A stretch of DNA of 64,000 nucleotides from Candidatus Latescibacterota bacterium. Lineage in GTDB: Bacteria > Latescibacterota > UBA2968 > UBA8231. The translations under genes were made by a program, and so were the position numbers. Below the pieces are notes generated by a model that saw only the letters and a list, made by a program, of their open reading frames with translations, searched no databases and had not been told where the DNA came from. Numbering within the stretch: the stretch's first letter is position 1; every line of letters starts with the position of its first letter. Positions 63,125-64,000 of the stretch are shown here, piece after piece. The stretch spans positions 3,040,001-3,104,000 of the forward strand of contig OZ244561.1 in assembly GCA_965217585.1 (NCBI GenBank). Direction: 5' to 3'.

Positions 63125-64000
63125 TCATGCGGACGCGGCCTTGCTCAGGGTGAGTAGGGCGATTTCGGAAGGGGCACCGAGCCGCAGCGGCGGACCCCAG
63201 TAGCCGGTGCCTCGGTGGACGTAGATCCAAGTGTCGCGAAATTTGTGCAGGCCCGCGACATAGGGCTGTTGGAGGGAGATTACGTACTTCCACGGCACGA
63301 ACTGGCCGCCGTGGGTGTGGCCCGACAGTTGTAGGTGGCAAGCGGCTTGGCTGGCGGCCTCTATGCTGCGCGGCTGGTGCGCGAGCAGGATGCTCACATC
63401 GGCTCCGTCGCTCGCGGCAAGGGCCTTGGCCGGGTCCGATGCGTGGTCGGGGACTAGCTCGCCGGCGCTGAAGTCGGTCGTACCGGCTAGGGAGATCCGC
63501 CCGCCGCCGCAGTCGATCTGGCGTCCCTCGTTGACCAAGACGTCGAAGCCGAGGCGGCGCGCCTGTTCGGTCCAGCTCTCCACGCCCGAGTAGTATTCGT
63601 GGTTACCAGTGCAGAAATAAAGCCCGAGTGGGGCGGTGAGTTCGGCTAGGGCGGCCGTGTGAGGGGCGAGTCGGTCAACAGTCCCGTCGGCGAGGTCGCC
63701 GGTGAAAGCGATTAGGTCCGGTTGCAATTCGTTGACGCGGGCGACAACGCGCTCCACAAAAGGGGCCTTGATGGTCGGGCCGACGTGGAGATCGCTGATC
63801 TGGACGATGCGCAGCCCAACTAGCGCGGGCGGGAGATTTGAGATGGGGACATCGACTTGGCGGACCGCTGGCGTACGGCGGGCTTGGTAGTAGCCATAGA
63901 CCGCCGCGACCAGAGCTAGGGCAAAGGTCGCCAAGTCGATGCTGGCATTGAGCGCTGCGTCGATGGGATATACTAGGCCCGAAAGTAGGCCTCCTATATC
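63125..64000 (-). CDS. membrane-bound metallophosphoesterase (YkuE-like), 5' end outside window
   Basis: SDLH, TGD, GNHE, AHQP, SGHTHGGQ. Confidence 0.9.
   Translation of the reverse strand, partial: DIGGLLSGLVYPIDAALNASIDLATFALALVAAVYGYYQARRTPAVRQVDVPISNLPPALVGLRIVQISDLHVGPTIKAPFVERVVARVNELQPDLIAFTGDLADGTVDRLAPHTAALAELTAPLGLYFCTGNHEYYSGVESWTEQARRLGFDVLVNEGRQIDCGGGRISLAGTTDFSAGELVPDHASDPAKALAASDGADVSILLAHQPRSIEAASQAACHLQLSGHTHGGQFVPWKYVISLQQPYVAGLHKFRDTWIYVHRGTGYWGPPLRLGAPSEIALLTLSKAASA

Noticed and set aside
1-64000. tRNA/rRNA genes, prophage, cas genes
   Set aside because: None recognised by eye; a tRNAscan-SE/Infernal run would be needed to exclude small RNAs

Overview
GC-rich bacterial chromosomal window. 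Gene content (ankyrin and FN3 proteins, many toxin-antitoxin (TA) modules, retropepsin cassettes, PhyH, enolase-superfamily and GH172 enzymes) resembles host-associated or sponge-symbiont FCB/PVC-type genomes; this is inference only. Housekeeping and catabolic blocks (ABC exporter, two sugar ABC importers, two family-5 solute-binding proteins (SBPs), nth, oxidoreductases, hydrolases) are interleaved with two accessory zones. Zone 1 (~8-17 kb): AbiEi with a deleted AbiEii, an ISAs1-disrupted HEPN gene, DUF433 copies, and a DUF4258 + HTH-fused dynamin-like GTPase operon. Zone 2 (~28-47 kb): a truncated M6-protease/FN3 surface gene, ISAs1 nested in IS1595, an adjacent IS630, and a SNF2-helicase-DUF3883 / DUF1156-methyltransferase locus split by an AAA-PD-(D/E)XK gene, a stack of retropepsin cassettes and a HEPN-like gene. 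Signals the ORF track misses: an AhpD-like selenoprotein (CxxU, in-frame UGA, SECIS-like hairpin), a solitary CRISPR-like repeat, several deleted toxins beside intact antitoxins, and short shards of neighbouring genes in intergenic spaces. All family assignments are from motif recognition by eye, not database searches.
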